Source: an uncultured virus (IMG/VR IMGVR_UViG_3300028572_000010)
Lineage: Duplodnaviria > Heunggongvirae > Uroviricota > Caudoviricetes
Reading direction: 5' to 3' (one strand)
Length of the DNA stretch: 64,000 nt
IMG/VR virus record: IMGVR_UViG_3300028572_000010
Span: 62,001 to 126,000 of that record
Part shown: in pieces, positions 41,685 through 50,812 of the stretch
Layout of the letters: the number at the start of each line of letters is the position of its first letter
Position numbering within the stretch: the stretch's first letter is position 1
Translations under genes and position numbers: made by a program
Notes under the pieces: model-generated
The model's database searches: none
Told to the model about the DNA's origin: nothing
Seen by the model: the letters and a program-made list of their open reading frames with translations, nothing else

Positions 41685-42013
41685 AAATCTGGTTCTAATA
41701 GTCTATCTCTACAATCTATAAACGGTCTAGTTACTGGTTCATACTTCTTATTATCAGTCCAATCACTACAATCAATACAGTTACTACAATCATTACACCA
41801 TCTACAATAAGTACAACTACTACAATTACTACAATTACTACAATTACTACAATTATAACAATCTCTACAATCTCTACAATCATTACACCATCTACAATCT
41901 CTACAACTAATACAATTAGTTAGAGTAGGTGAGAATTGAGTAGCTGATTCTTCTGTAGACCAACTATTATCGTTTTCGTCATACCATCTATCATCTCTTT
42001 TAGTTATTTTCAT
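41681..42013 (-). CDS. (Cxx)n repeat protein, RWYDEN family; ends DRLLEPDL
   Basis: Start MKITK at 42013 by alignment with paralogs. Confidence 0.8.
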   Translation of the reverse strand: MKITKRDDRWYDENDNSWSTEESATQFSPTLTNCISCRDCRWCNDCRDCRDCYNCSNCSNCSNCSSCTYCRWCNDCSNCIDCSDWTDNKKYEPVTRPFIDCRDRLLEPDL

Positions 42014-42245
42014 AGTATTCACCATTATACTGTTTAAGTTCTCTCCTTTTTATAATAGCTTTAACCTGTGTCTCTCCTACTTTATTATATACTAAAAAGT
42101 AGTTATTATTATCTTCTATAATTACATCGAATAAATAATGTAGATCACCCCACCACTGTACATCTATTTCTTTAGTTATTATGACTTCCATATTACTCAA
42201 AAGCCGAAATCGAGTAGGAAAGATACGAGGATTTGGATCTGACAT
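42000..42245 (-). CDS. hypothetical protein
   Basis: 81 aa ORF. Confidence 0.5.
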   Translation of the reverse strand: MSDPNPRIFPTRFRLLSNMEVIITKEIDVQWWGDLHYLFDVIIEDNNNYFLVYNKVGETQVKAIIKRRELKQYNGEYYENN

Positions 42246-42246
42246 A

Positions 42247-42687
42247 CTAAATCTCGTCTAACATAGATTCCTGCTCAACCTTACGCCGCATTAACATACC
42301 AAGTACATAGCAATTAGGTGAAGAAGAAAGCCAAAAATTGTCTTTTAACACATATGAATGCATAATATGTAGATAGAGACAAATAGCTGAACTTCTAGAT
42401 ACCCCAGCTGCACAATGAACTATGAAATCTTTGGTTAAATGCTTATCAATGAACTTTAATATTTTAAAAGCATCTTCAGCACTAATAGGATGATACATTT
42501 CGCCTTCATGAGTTAAAGGTGCAGTTATATCAGTAAATCTTAAAGTTAACACATTTTCTGACTCTCTATCCAACTTTAAAGGATAAAGTGGCTCATATTC
42601 TTCATTTATTGATATCAATACTGTGTTATCTGGTAGTTTATTGATATCTTTGGCGGCATGACAATTTATATTTGTGGCTTTAGGCAT
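42247..42687 (-). CDS. protein tyrosine/dual-specificity phosphatase-like protein
   Basis: VHCAAGVSRS (CX5R) active-site loop. Confidence 0.85.
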   Translation of the reverse strand: MPKATNINCHAAKDINKLPDNTVLISINEEYEPLYPLKLDRESENVLTLRFTDITAPLTHEGEMYHPISAEDAFKILKFIDKHLTKDFIVHCAAGVSRSSAICLYLHIMHSYVLKDNFWLSSSPNCYVLGMLMRRKVEQESMLDEI

Positions 42688-42692
42688 ATTGT

Positions 42693-43019
42693 TTATAATT
42701 CTAGATCTAATCTTCTGTACTGGTTCTCTATTCTTATTTCAGGCTTACTTAACTCAGCTAATTCTATCTCAACTATTTCGTATTTGTACGCTTCTTTTAT
42801 CATCCTTACCCTTTTAATTTCTTGTTCCACAGCTTCTTTACTAAGATACAAAGAGGCTTGGTATAAATCTACAGGTTCAATACTAGTCTGTTCTTCATCA
42901 TCACAGTAACCTTCCCTATCATAAAATTCGATATACTTAATAACTACTCTAACAAACTTATTAGGTAGGGTATTTCTACTATATTTAACTTTCAATATTT
43001 TAATAGCATATACAATCAT
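42693..43019 (-). CDS. non-Cys hypothetical protein ending YRRLDLEL
   Basis: 108 aa; carries the shared C-terminal motif. Confidence 0.65.
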   Translation of the reverse strand: MIVYAIKILKVKYSRNTLPNKFVRVVIKYIEFYDREGYCDDEEQTSIEPVDLYQASLYLSKEAVEQEIKRVRMIKEAYKYEIVEIELAELSKPEIRIENQYRRLDLEL

Positions 43020-43429
43020 AAATCTAGGTCTAGCTTTCTATTATTAATGTCTAATTCTGGTCTTATTTCCTTATTAACTTCATCTCCATAATACATGGAC
43101 TTAAACCACGATTTATCATTTTCTGAAGAAATATTACTACAACTACTACAATAAATACAATCTCTACAACTACTACAATCACTACAACCATTACAATCTC
43201 TACAATCAATACAATTACTACAATTATAACAATCTCTACAACCATTACAACCACTACAAGCATTACAATCACTACAATATCTACAATTACTACACCTTCT
43301 ACAATCACTACAACCTCTACACCATCTACAATCAGTTAGGGTAGGTGAGTGTAAAGTAGCTGATTCTTTAGTATCCCAGCTATTATAGTTTTCGTCATAC
43401 CATCTAGTATCTCTTTTAGTTATTGTCAT
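43016..43429 (-). CDS. (Cxx)n repeat protein, RWYDEN family; ends NRKLDLDL
   Basis: Same architecture as 37216. Confidence 0.8.
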   Translation of the reverse strand: MTITKRDTRWYDENYNSWDTKESATLHSPTLTDCRWCRGCSDCRRCSNCRYCSDCNACSGCNGCRDCYNCSNCIDCRDCNGCSDCSSCRDCIYCSSCSNISSENDKSWFKSMYYGDEVNKEIRPELDINNRKLDLDL

Positions 43430-43659
43430 AAATCTGGTTCTAATCTTCTTTCCCCACCCTCACTTCTAATTGTTATCTCATCTTTCTCAACCGATACAAA
43501 CTCCTTCAATTCAAATTCACCTACTACAGTACTATTATCTGTTAAAAATTTGATATATTCCAGGGCTGCCTCCTTATTTTGAAACGCTTGATATAGGACG
43601 TCTATAATAGCGTTAGTTGATGGAGATCTGATATGTCTTAGAATGATATAAAGAGTCAT
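43426..43659 (-). CDS. non-Cys hypothetical protein ending IRSEGGERRLEPDL
   Basis: 77 aa; carries the shared C-terminal motif. Confidence 0.65.
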   Translation of the reverse strand: MTLYIILRHIRSPSTNAIIDVLYQAFQNKEAALEYIKFLTDNSTVVGEFELKEFVSVEKDEITIRSEGGERRLEPDL

Positions 43660-43661
43660 AA

Positions 43662-44159
43662 CTACATTAACTTTTTAGGAAGTTTATATAGAGTAACTTC
43701 AATGTTACTTCCTTTAATAACCTCCTTAACCATAGTTTCAATAATATTCCAATTACCGCCAGCCCTATCCGCACCTATCTTATAAGGTAAAGCCAGTCTA
43801 GTCATATTCTGCTCACTCATTTGCTTTATTAATGACTCTAAAGCTAAGTAAAATCCTTCATAATGCACATATCTAAGATGCATTGTACCATAACCTAATT
43901 GACCATATAGATTGGCAACGTATAGTAGCTTGGTCTGATTAGGTAGAGTAGTGATAGGAACTAACACACATTTACCCAACATAGCTGAACCAAAGTTAAT
44001 ATAAGACTTGGTATCAGTTGCATATACTTCCGGAAATCTACATCTTAGGGCTCTGGCTACCCCACTACCCATTTTGTTCATATTATTACAGCAATGAGCA
44101 ACTACTTGGGCGTCTGCTAATAATATGTTTTGTTCTACTATTTTAAGGTTGTTATTCAT
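43662..44159 (-). CDS. macrodomain protein (ADP-ribose binding/hydrolase)
   Basis: AHCCN..MGSGVA...ANLYGQ...PYKIGADRAGGNW. Confidence 0.85.
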   Translation of the reverse strand: MNNNLKIVEQNILLADAQVVAHCCNNMNKMGSGVARALRCRFPEVYATDTKSYINFGSAMLGKCVLVPITTLPNQTKLLYVANLYGQLGYGTMHLRYVHYEGFYLALESLIKQMSEQNMTRLALPYKIGADRAGGNWNIIETMVKEVIKGSNIEVTLYKLPKKLM

Positions 44160-44533
44160 AAATCTGGTTCTAATAGTCTGTTAGTACAGTCTATAAATGG
44201 TCTAATTACCGGTTCATATTTCTTATTATCAGTCCAATCACTACAATCTCTACAACGACTACAATAACTACAATCACTACAATCACTACACCTATTACAA
44301 TTATTACAATTACTACAATTACTACAATTATTACAATTAATACAACTACTACAATTACTACAACTACTACAATAACTACAATTATAACAATCTCTACAAC
44401 TACTACAATTACTACAACCTCTACAATCATAACAATTAGTTAAGGTAGGTGAGTATTGAGTAGCTGATTCTTCAGTTATCCAACTATTATTATTTTCGTC
44501 ATACCATCTATTATTTCTTTTTGTTATTGTCAT
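44156..44533 (-). CDS. (Cxx)n repeat protein, RWYDEN family; ends NRLLEPDL
   Basis: Same architecture as 37216. Confidence 0.8.
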   Translation of the reverse strand: MTITKRNNRWYDENNNSWITEESATQYSPTLTNCYDCRGCSNCSSCRDCYNCSYCSSCSNCSSCINCNNCSNCSNCNNCNRCSDCSDCSYCSRCRDCSDWTDNKKYEPVIRPFIDCTNRLLEPDL

Positions 44534-44955
44534 AAGTCTGGTTCCAACTTTCTATCATTAATGTCTAATTCTGGTCTTATCATAACTTCAGTCTTAATTT
44601 GAACTGGCTCTAGATGTGTTCCATTATCACATTTATAACATTTTTTACAATCACTACAATCATTACAACTACTACAATCACTACAAACACTACAAACACT
44701 ACAATTAATACAACCTCCACAACTACTACAATCACTACAAACACTACAAACACTACAATTAATACAACCTCCACAAGTACTACAACCACTACAATTACTA
44801 CAATCATCACAATAACTACAATCATCACAATTACTACAACCTCTACAATCTCTACAATTAGTTAGGGTAGGTGAGTATTGAGTAGCTGCTTCTTCTGATA
44901 ACCAGCTATTATTGTTTTCGTCATACCATCTATTGTTTATTTTTGTTATTGTCAT
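44530..44955 (-). CDS. (Cxx)n repeat protein, RWYDEN family; ends DRKLEPDL
   Basis: Same architecture as 37216. Confidence 0.8.
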   Translation of the reverse strand: MTITKINNRWYDENNNSWLSEEAATQYSPTLTNCRDCRGCSNCDDCSYCDDCSNCSGCSTCGGCINCSVCSVCSDCSSCGGCINCSVCSVCSDCSSCNDCSDCKKCYKCDNGTHLEPVQIKTEVMIRPELDINDRKLEPDL

Positions 44956-45218
44956 AAGAAAGGGTCTAGATTTCTATCATTAATGTCTAAGATAGGTCGT
45001 TTTTCATTTGTTGTATCAATGCTAGGTTGCGCTGACCAATTTTTCTTATTTATAAAATTATAAAGTCCTTCACAATCACTACAATTAATACCATTACTAC
45101 AATTATTACAATCATTACAACCACTACAATCCCAACAATCAATACAATCACTACAATTGTAGCAATCATTACAACCATCATGATTTATTAGTATTACTTT
45201 ATAGTCATAAGTTTTCAT
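44952..45218 (-). CDS. (Cxx)n repeat protein lacking the RWYDEN N-domain; ends DRNLDPFL
   Basis: Cys repeats plus shared tail. Confidence 0.7.
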   Translation of the reverse strand: MKTYDYKVILINHDGCNDCYNCSDCIDCWDCSGCNDCNNCSNGINCSDCEGLYNFINKKNWSAQPSIDTTNEKRPILDINDRNLDPFL

Positions 45219-45230
45219 ACTACTTCTTAA

Positions 45231-45518
45231 TTAAAGGTCACGCATAGTATCGAATTCAGTTATATCAGCCCGCATAGTTCCTGGTTCTTCAACTTCACTG
45301 ATAACCGGCTCTGGAACCTTGAGTACAGTTCTAATTTCTCTAATAATATCTTCAAATATAGGACGATCCAGACCTAAGTGAATGTTATAAGCTACACTAG
45401 TTGCAAAAGCCATTCTAGTACCGGTAGTGTCATCGATATTCTCTAATTGATTTAAAACTGCCCAAAGAATGGCATCTTTAGGGTCAGAGACTAGGGCTGG
45501 TAATGGTGATATAGGCAT
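45231..45518 (-). CDS. hypothetical protein
   Basis: 95 aa ORF. Confidence 0.5.
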   Translation of the reverse strand: MPISPLPALVSDPKDAILWAVLNQLENIDDTTGTRMAFATSVAYNIHLGLDRPIFEDIIREIRTVLKVPEPVISEVEEPGTMRADITEFDTMRDL

Positions 45519-45551
45519 AATATTAGTTTGTTGGTTTGTTGGTTTGGTTGT

Positions 45552-46031
45552 TTACTTTTTGGTTTTTGGTTTAATAGCATCCTGGAAATTCTTGAGTTCT
45601 TGCTGAGCTGTTTTTATGCTTCTGGTAGTTAGTTTAGCATAATGTTTCTTCTTCTTTTCAATATCTTTTGCTTTTCGGATCAATGCTGGAATAACACTAC
45701 TATAATGTACAATCGACCTTTGTATTTTAATCAGACTATTATCAACTTCTATATATTCCGAACCAGGACTAAAATAGTGGTAATTATAGGTTAATCTATC
45801 AAACTCAAAATATAGAAGAGAACTTATTATTGGAATCTCTAAATAGATGTTAATGTCTCTACATTGACCTACTTTTAATTTATTGTTATTTTTTTGTTCT
45901 ATCCCACCAAAAGTTAAATTAGAATAAGTATTATTAGTATTCCATATTTGAACCAATCTATTAACTAAATCTATATTAATTTTAACTATTGTACTATTAT
46001 GGTCTTGGAAGCATTGTTCTAGGAAAGTCAT
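45552..46031 (-). CDS. hypothetical protein
   Basis: 159 aa ORF. Confidence 0.55.
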   Translation of the reverse strand: MTFLEQCFQDHNSTIVKINIDLVNRLVQIWNTNNTYSNLTFGGIEQKNNNKLKVGQCRDINIYLEIPIISSLLYFEFDRLTYNYHYFSPGSEYIEVDNSLIKIQRSIVHYSSVIPALIRKAKDIEKKKKHYAKLTTRSIKTAQQELKNFQDAIKPKTKK

Positions 46032-46348
46032 ATAAACAATATTTTAGGGTGTATTCTACATTTATTCAATTTAAGCTCAGCATAAATCTGTGTAGCTAAT
46101 TCAAAATCATCTTTATCTATTACTTTATAATAAGTGGAATCTACTTTAGCAGCTAAATAGACTGTATCATTATTATCAAGTTCCACCTTCTTTAGTGATT
46201 CTTTACTCGAAATTCTAATATATACGGTTGATTCGTCCAATACCTTTGAAATATTTGTAGATCCACTAAATCCATCAAACAAATCTTTTATAATACTAAG
46301 TGGGACTAGCTCTTTGGTAGGTTTGGCTACGATGAGGAAATAATTCAT
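46028..46348 (-). CDS. hypothetical protein
   Basis: 106 aa coupled ORF. Confidence 0.55.
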   Translation of the reverse strand: MNYFLIVAKPTKELVPLSIIKDLFDGFSGSTNISKVLDESTVYIRISSKESLKKVELDNNDTVYLAAKVDSTYYKVIDKDDFELATQIYAELKLNKCRIHPKILFI

Positions 46349-46602
46349 ATATTTATCATTTTTATATTAATACTTTGTTTAGTTGGTAAAATTTTAATCT
46401 TTTCTAGGAAGGAATTCATCATCCTTAAATTCATATCAGCTTCCATGAATACTGTTTCATTAGGTATGAAGTTTGTAAATTCTAGGTGATCTGGTTCAGT
46501 TATAATAGCTGTTTCTTCAGGTTTAAGCTTAAATTCTGAGGTTATAGTATTACCATTTACTATATTTTTAGCTATAACTATTGATATGTTTGGATTGTTC
46601 AT
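46345..46602 (-). CDS. hypothetical protein
   Basis: 85 aa coupled ORF. Confidence 0.55.
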   Translation of the reverse strand: MNNPNISIVIAKNIVNGNTITSEFKLKPEETAIITEPDHLEFTNFIPNETVFMEADMNLRMMNSFLEKIKILPTKQSINIKMINI

Positions 46603-47051
46603 AAGTCTGGTTCTAATAGTCTGTTAGTACAGTCTATAAATGGTCTAATTACCGGTTCATATTTCATGTTATTAGTCCAGTCATTACAACCACTACAACT
46701 ACTACAATTATTACAATTAATACAATGATCACACCAACTACTACAACTATTACAACCACTACAATTATAACAAGTACTACAACCACTACAACTATTACAA
46801 CCACTACAACTACTACAACTACTACAATCACTACAAACACTACAAACACTACAACTAATACAACCTCTACAAGTACTACAACCACTACAATTACTACAAT
46901 CATCACAATAACTACAATCATCACAATTACTACAACCTCTACAATCTCTACAATTAGTTAGGGTAGGTGAGTATTGAGTAGCTGCTTCTTCTGATAACCA
47001 GCTATTATTGTTTTCGTCATACCATCTATTGTTTATTTTTGTTATTGTCAT
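46599..47051 (-). CDS. (Cxx)n repeat protein, RWYDEN family; ends NRLLEPDL
   Basis: Same architecture; apparent mosaic of the 44530 and 44156 copies. Confidence 0.8.
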   Translation of the reverse strand: MTITKINNRWYDENNNSWLSEEAATQYSPTLTNCRDCRGCSNCDDCSYCDDCSNCSGCSTCRGCISCSVCSVCSDCSSCSSCSGCNSCSGCSTCYNCSGCNSCSSWCDHCINCNNCSSCSGCNDWTNNMKYEPVIRPFIDCTNRLLEPDL

Positions 47052-47091
47052 ATATTAAGGGGAAGATAGTAACTATCCTCCCATCTTATTT

Positions 47092-47310
47092 TTAGCTATC
47101 AACACCTCTAGCCGCAACATAAAGTTGATTATCTTTATTTACGCTTAGCAATACCCATTTAGGTTTATCTGTATTCAGTATCATTCCAAATACTACTGGC
47201 ATTTCATCGTCAATCATACTTTTAGCTTTGGTAACTAACTCTGCTGGAGCATTAGTCACACCATAATTCCAACCTTTACTAGTTATTTCTTCACAGATTT
47301 TATAAGTCAT
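47092..47310 (-). CDS. hypothetical protein
   Basis: 72 aa coupled ORF. Confidence 0.5.
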   Translation of the reverse strand: MTYKICEEITSKGWNYGVTNAPAELVTKAKSMIDDEMPVVFGMILNTDKPKWVLLSVNKDNQLYVAARGVDS

Positions 47311-48119
47311 ATTTTAGTATCATTAGTTGAAGTTGGATTAGTGATGAAACTTATCTGACTAGTACTTGTGACTTTATCCAGGGCATCAATAGAACAAGTA
47401 AACATGGCAACAGTATCGACACAACGCTTTTGTAGGACATTGGAAGAAGCTAAACTATAAGCATATGCAATACCACTACTAGTTTGCTGATAATTCAAAC
47501 TTTGCCCTGGAGCTACACTATATTGTGAACTTTCTTGAATTGCATCCTGATTAGCACCTAGATAGATAAACTGCCAATTAAGACTTTGTTTATCCGCTAT
47601 CCTTCTAGACAGATCATCCTTCTTAAACTTAGTACTGCTATTTTCCGCCCCATCAGTAATGACTAGAAAAATAATCCTACCAGGCCTGTCTTCTTCTTTA
47701 GTCACATTAATAAACTGTGTGCAATCATCAATAGCTTTACAAAATGCATCTATTAATGGAGTTCCACCTACAGGACTTATCTCTTGAATAGGAGTGATGT
47801 CGTTAATATTAACTTTATCGAAATGAACTACATAATTGAAATTAACATCAACAGGTTCTCCATGATTAGAATTATAGTTAGTAAACCAATTACTAGGATG
47901 ACTAACACTACTAAAGAATACTACCGAAGTAGTACATTTAACATTATTACTACTATCACTTAAATCTTCTGCAAAACTAAGATTTCTATCCTGGCTTGGC
48001 AATACCTTCTGTTGATTCAAGAAGTTATTTATGCCATCTACGGTAGCTTGTCTAGTATTAAACATGCTACCACTATTGTCTACTAATACTACGATATGTG
48101 TATAATTTGTATTACTCAT
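47307..48119 (-). CDS. von Willebrand factor A (vWA) domain protein
   Basis: MIDAS DNSGSM, GGTPLIDA, VITDGAENSS, WQFIYLGANQD. Confidence 0.9.
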   Translation of the reverse strand: MSNTNYTHIVVLVDNSGSMFNTRQATVDGINNFLNQQKVLPSQDRNLSFAEDLSDSSNNVKCTTSVVFFSSVSHPSNWFTNYNSNHGEPVDVNFNYVVHFDKVNINDITPIQEISPVGGTPLIDAFCKAIDDCTQFINVTKEEDRPGRIIFLVITDGAENSSTKFKKDDLSRRIADKQSLNWQFIYLGANQDAIQESSQYSVAPGQSLNYQQTSSGIAYAYSLASSNVLQKRCVDTVAMFTCSIDALDKVTSTSQISFITNPTSTNDTKI

Positions 48120-48487
48120 AAGTCTGGTTCTAAAAGTCTCTGGGCCGGGTCAAATTCTTCTCTTAAAGTTGATTCACGAACAATTTCTTGGGGTTCTAGG
48201 TTTATTTTATTTAAATAATTAGCGCAATGTATGCAACTTCTACAAGCATGACAAGCATAACAATCTCTGCAATTACTACAATCATAACAATTAATACACG
48301 CAATACAATCATTACACCAACTACAACGACTACAATCTCTACAATCTCTACACTCTCTACAATAACTACAATCTCTACAACTACTACAATTAGTTAGGGT
48401 AGGTGAGTATTGAGTAGCTTCTTCTTCAGTTATCCAACTATTATTGTTTTCATCAAAGTATCTATTATTTCTTTTAATTATTGTCAT
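48116..48487 (-). CDS. (Cxx)n repeat protein, RWYDEN family (RYFDEN variant); ends QRLLEPDL
   Basis: Same architecture as 37216. Confidence 0.8.
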   Translation of the reverse strand: MTIIKRNNRYFDENNNSWITEEEATQYSPTLTNCSSCRDCSYCRECRDCRDCSRCSWCNDCIACINCYDCSNCRDCYACHACRSCIHCANYLNKINLEPQEIVRESTLREEFDPAQRLLEPDL

Positions 48488-49011
48488 AGATTTGGATCTA
48501 AATTTCTATCTTCATCTGAATACATAGTTCTAGTAGTAGATTGCTCGTCTACTGGTCTTACTGTAGGTCTTAGAGAGGCTGTATAATTTGTAGGATCTTC
48601 ATTTAATGATGGAACAACACTTCTAGTATCAACTACAATTTCAGATCCTCTAATTCCTTGTAGTACTCCTCCTACGCTAGCAGGAACTCCAACGACAGTA
48701 TCTCTTCTCATAATATTGCTTACCTGCCTTATATATTCCATCTCTGTCCTTAAAGAATTAATCGAATTTGCTAATAATTCTATATTAGATCTTAGTTCAC
48801 ATACGTCTCTATAACGACTATCTAAATTACTTTTAAGTCCTTTTAATTCAGACTGGGCCGAAAATTGATGAGTAGGTAAACTACATACTTCATTACTCTT
48901 ACCTATGTAAATTATATGCTTACCTACATAAGTTATATCAGCGCCTTTAGTTTCAGGTTTAATACTGTTGAATAACCAATTAATGAATTTAGCTTTGAGT
49001 TTGTTTAACAT
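48484..49011 (-). CDS. coiled-coil hypothetical protein ending DRNLDPNL
   Basis: 175 aa; carries the shared C-terminal motif. Confidence 0.6.
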   Translation of the reverse strand: MLNKLKAKFINWLFNSIKPETKGADITYVGKHIIYIGKSNEVCSLPTHQFSAQSELKGLKSNLDSRYRDVCELRSNIELLANSINSLRTEMEYIRQVSNIMRRDTVVGVPASVGGVLQGIRGSEIVVDTRSVVPSLNEDPTNYTASLRPTVRPVDEQSTTRTMYSDEDRNLDPNL

Positions 49012-49218
49012 AAATTATGAATTTACCCCCAACCCTCCAGCCCCTTTAGATTTAAGCTTAATATTTGATATTTTAAGCCTAAGTTGTTGATTTATAAGCA
49101 GAGTATTGTCTGCTAATGAGTTAATTTTTATCGTATAAAATAGTAGAGCTGAATCAAATAAGCCAATACTTAATATTTGATCCAGCATTAAGGAAATCTA
49201 TACTAACCTATTTATATG

Positions 49219-49617
49219 TCAAGGAGAGACAGTAATTGAGGAACTATTGATGGTAACGGTTTCAGGAGTGGATAAAGTACTTAAATCATCCGTTTGTTGA
49301 CATAGAATTTGAATGTCAGAATATATGTGTGTACTTATATCAGTTAATAAAGTGGGATCTTCTGATATTAAAGATATGGCACTATCTCTGAAAAACATAT
49401 TGCCTTGATTAGGACTACTATAAGGCAAATCCTCCATCTCAGTAGGTGAAGCTACAGTATAGAAAGTATCGTCAAAAGTACCATCAGCTCTAACAATACG
49501 TTGTTTGACAAATATATGAGAATCTATATTATTAGAAGAAGTGACGGTAATATTTAATAAGTAGTTGCTCGGTCTGGTTGATTGAGCAGTCTGTTGTGTT
49601 AATGTTATGGATGTCAT
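49219..49617 (-). CDS. hypothetical (structural-like) protein
   Basis: Likely start MTSITL at 49617. Confidence 0.55.
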   Translation of the reverse strand: MTSITLTQQTAQSTRPSNYLLNITVTSSNNIDSHIFVKQRIVRADGTFDDTFYTVASPTEMEDLPYSSPNQGNMFFRDSAISLISEDPTLLTDISTHIYSDIQILCQQTDDLSTLSTPETVTINSSSITVSP

Positions 49618-49644
49618 ACCACAAATTATTATATTAAACAAATT

Positions 49645-50301
49645 ATGGCAAGTATTTTAAGCATACCTTATGACCCGGAAATCGTTGAAGTAAGCCCTGA
49701 TGCTTCTGCTCCACCTAAAAGTTATATTGTTCCTAAATTCGATAATTTTGGTAAAAAGAAAGTAAATGGTGAAATGGTAGGTGGTAGTAAAGAAGCAGAG
49801 AAACTAAAAAGATTAATGTTAGATAGTATGCAGAATAGAGGTTCTTTGATGCCGGGGTTTGTAATGACTCCTACTGGCCCTATAAAAGCAGTACATGCTA
49901 AGCAGGAACCTTTAACTATTAAATTTACTAAGCAAGCAACTGAAGAAGTACAAAACTTAACCAAACCTAAAAAAGGTAAGAAAGCTAAACTACAAGAAAT
50001 TGAATCATTACCTATTATGGAAGAAACTATGCCTACTAAAACAGAATACCCTGTCACTTTCATTATTGAGTCAGGTAAGATCAAGGGTATGATAGATGCA
50101 GTATTGGAAGATGAATTATTCCTGGCACTAGTATTTAATAATGAGGGATCAGTAACTTATGTACCAGAACAAGGCAGTCCATTAAAATTATTGTTACCTG
50201 ATAAAAGACAATTAAATGTAGTTTTTTCAGGCTCTCAATTAGATTGGTACAATACTAATCAACAAATATTATTATTCCTTAAACAGGAAAAAGTTAGCTA
50301 A
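49645..50301 (+). CDS. hypothetical protein
   Basis: 218 aa ORF. Confidence 0.6.
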   Translation: MASILSIPYDPEIVEVSPDASAPPKSYIVPKFDNFGKKKVNGEMVGGSKEAEKLKRLMLDSMQNRGSLMPGFVMTPTGPIKAVHAKQEPLTIKFTKQATEEVQNLTKPKKGKKAKLQEIESLPIMEETMPTKTEYPVTFIIESGKIKGMIDAVLEDELFLALVFNNEGSVTYVPEQGSPLKLLLPDKRQLNVVFSGSQLDWYNTNQQILLFLKQEKVS

Positions 50302-50330
50302 ACATAAGTAATGATGCTATAATTAATTCT

Positions 50331-50522
50331 ATGATTGATATTAATGATTTAATCAAGATGGCAATGGAACCAGAACCTGAAAAACTAGAAGAACAACATT
50401 CTCCTACCAGAAAAGTATATGATGCTGTATCTAATAGTGCTACAGTTTTAGGTAGTGGTGTAGTGGCAGGTATTGCTAGTCTAAATTCATTAGATCAAAA
50501 AGCACCACCAAAAACTATATGA
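50331..50522 (+). CDS. hypothetical protein
   Basis: 63 aa; TGcTATAAT ends 7 nt upstream of the ATG. Confidence 0.5.
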   Translation: MIDINDLIKMAMEPEPEKLEEQHSPTRKVYDAVSNSATVLGSGVVAGIASLNSLDQKAPPKTI

Positions 50523-50689
50523 TTAAATATGGCATCGTAGATAAAGACTCTCATTCAGATTTCGACCTTACTAAAAAGGCCAAGTACTATGATGAACTAG
50601 GTACTGAGATTGCTGATGAGCAGAACAAAGATAAGCTTAAAGAACCTAAATTGATAGAAATTGAACCTACTAAGCAAAAATCTTCTTGA
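50519..50689 (+). CDS. hypothetical protein (not in ORF track)
   Basis: ATGA-coupled 56 aa ORF MIKYGIVDKDSH... Confidence 0.45.
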   Translation: MIKYGIVDKDSHSDFDLTKKAKYYDELGTEIADEQNKDKLKEPKLIEIEPTKQKSS

Positions 50690-50812
50690 CTTTTATTTGT
50701 TATCTGATACCGTAAAACATTAAGTTATCTAGTTAAAAAAGCTACCTGTTTCTGTTGCATCAGGACCCTAGTTTGGGAGTTAATGCAACTAACTAGATAA
50801 CTACAATAATAT

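Noticed and set aside
37216..48487. Diversity-generating retroelement acting on the Cys repeats (variation concentrated in positions 1-2 of AAT-like codons)
   Set aside because: No reverse transcriptase or non-coding template repeat in the window; unit number varies, which fits slippage/recombination; the NNT bias is expected from AT-rich codon usage. An RT elsewhere in the genome would reopen this.
37216..48487. CRISPR array
   Set aside because: The repeats are in-frame 9-bp coding units and paralogous gene ends, not constant repeats separated by unique spacers; no cas genes seen.
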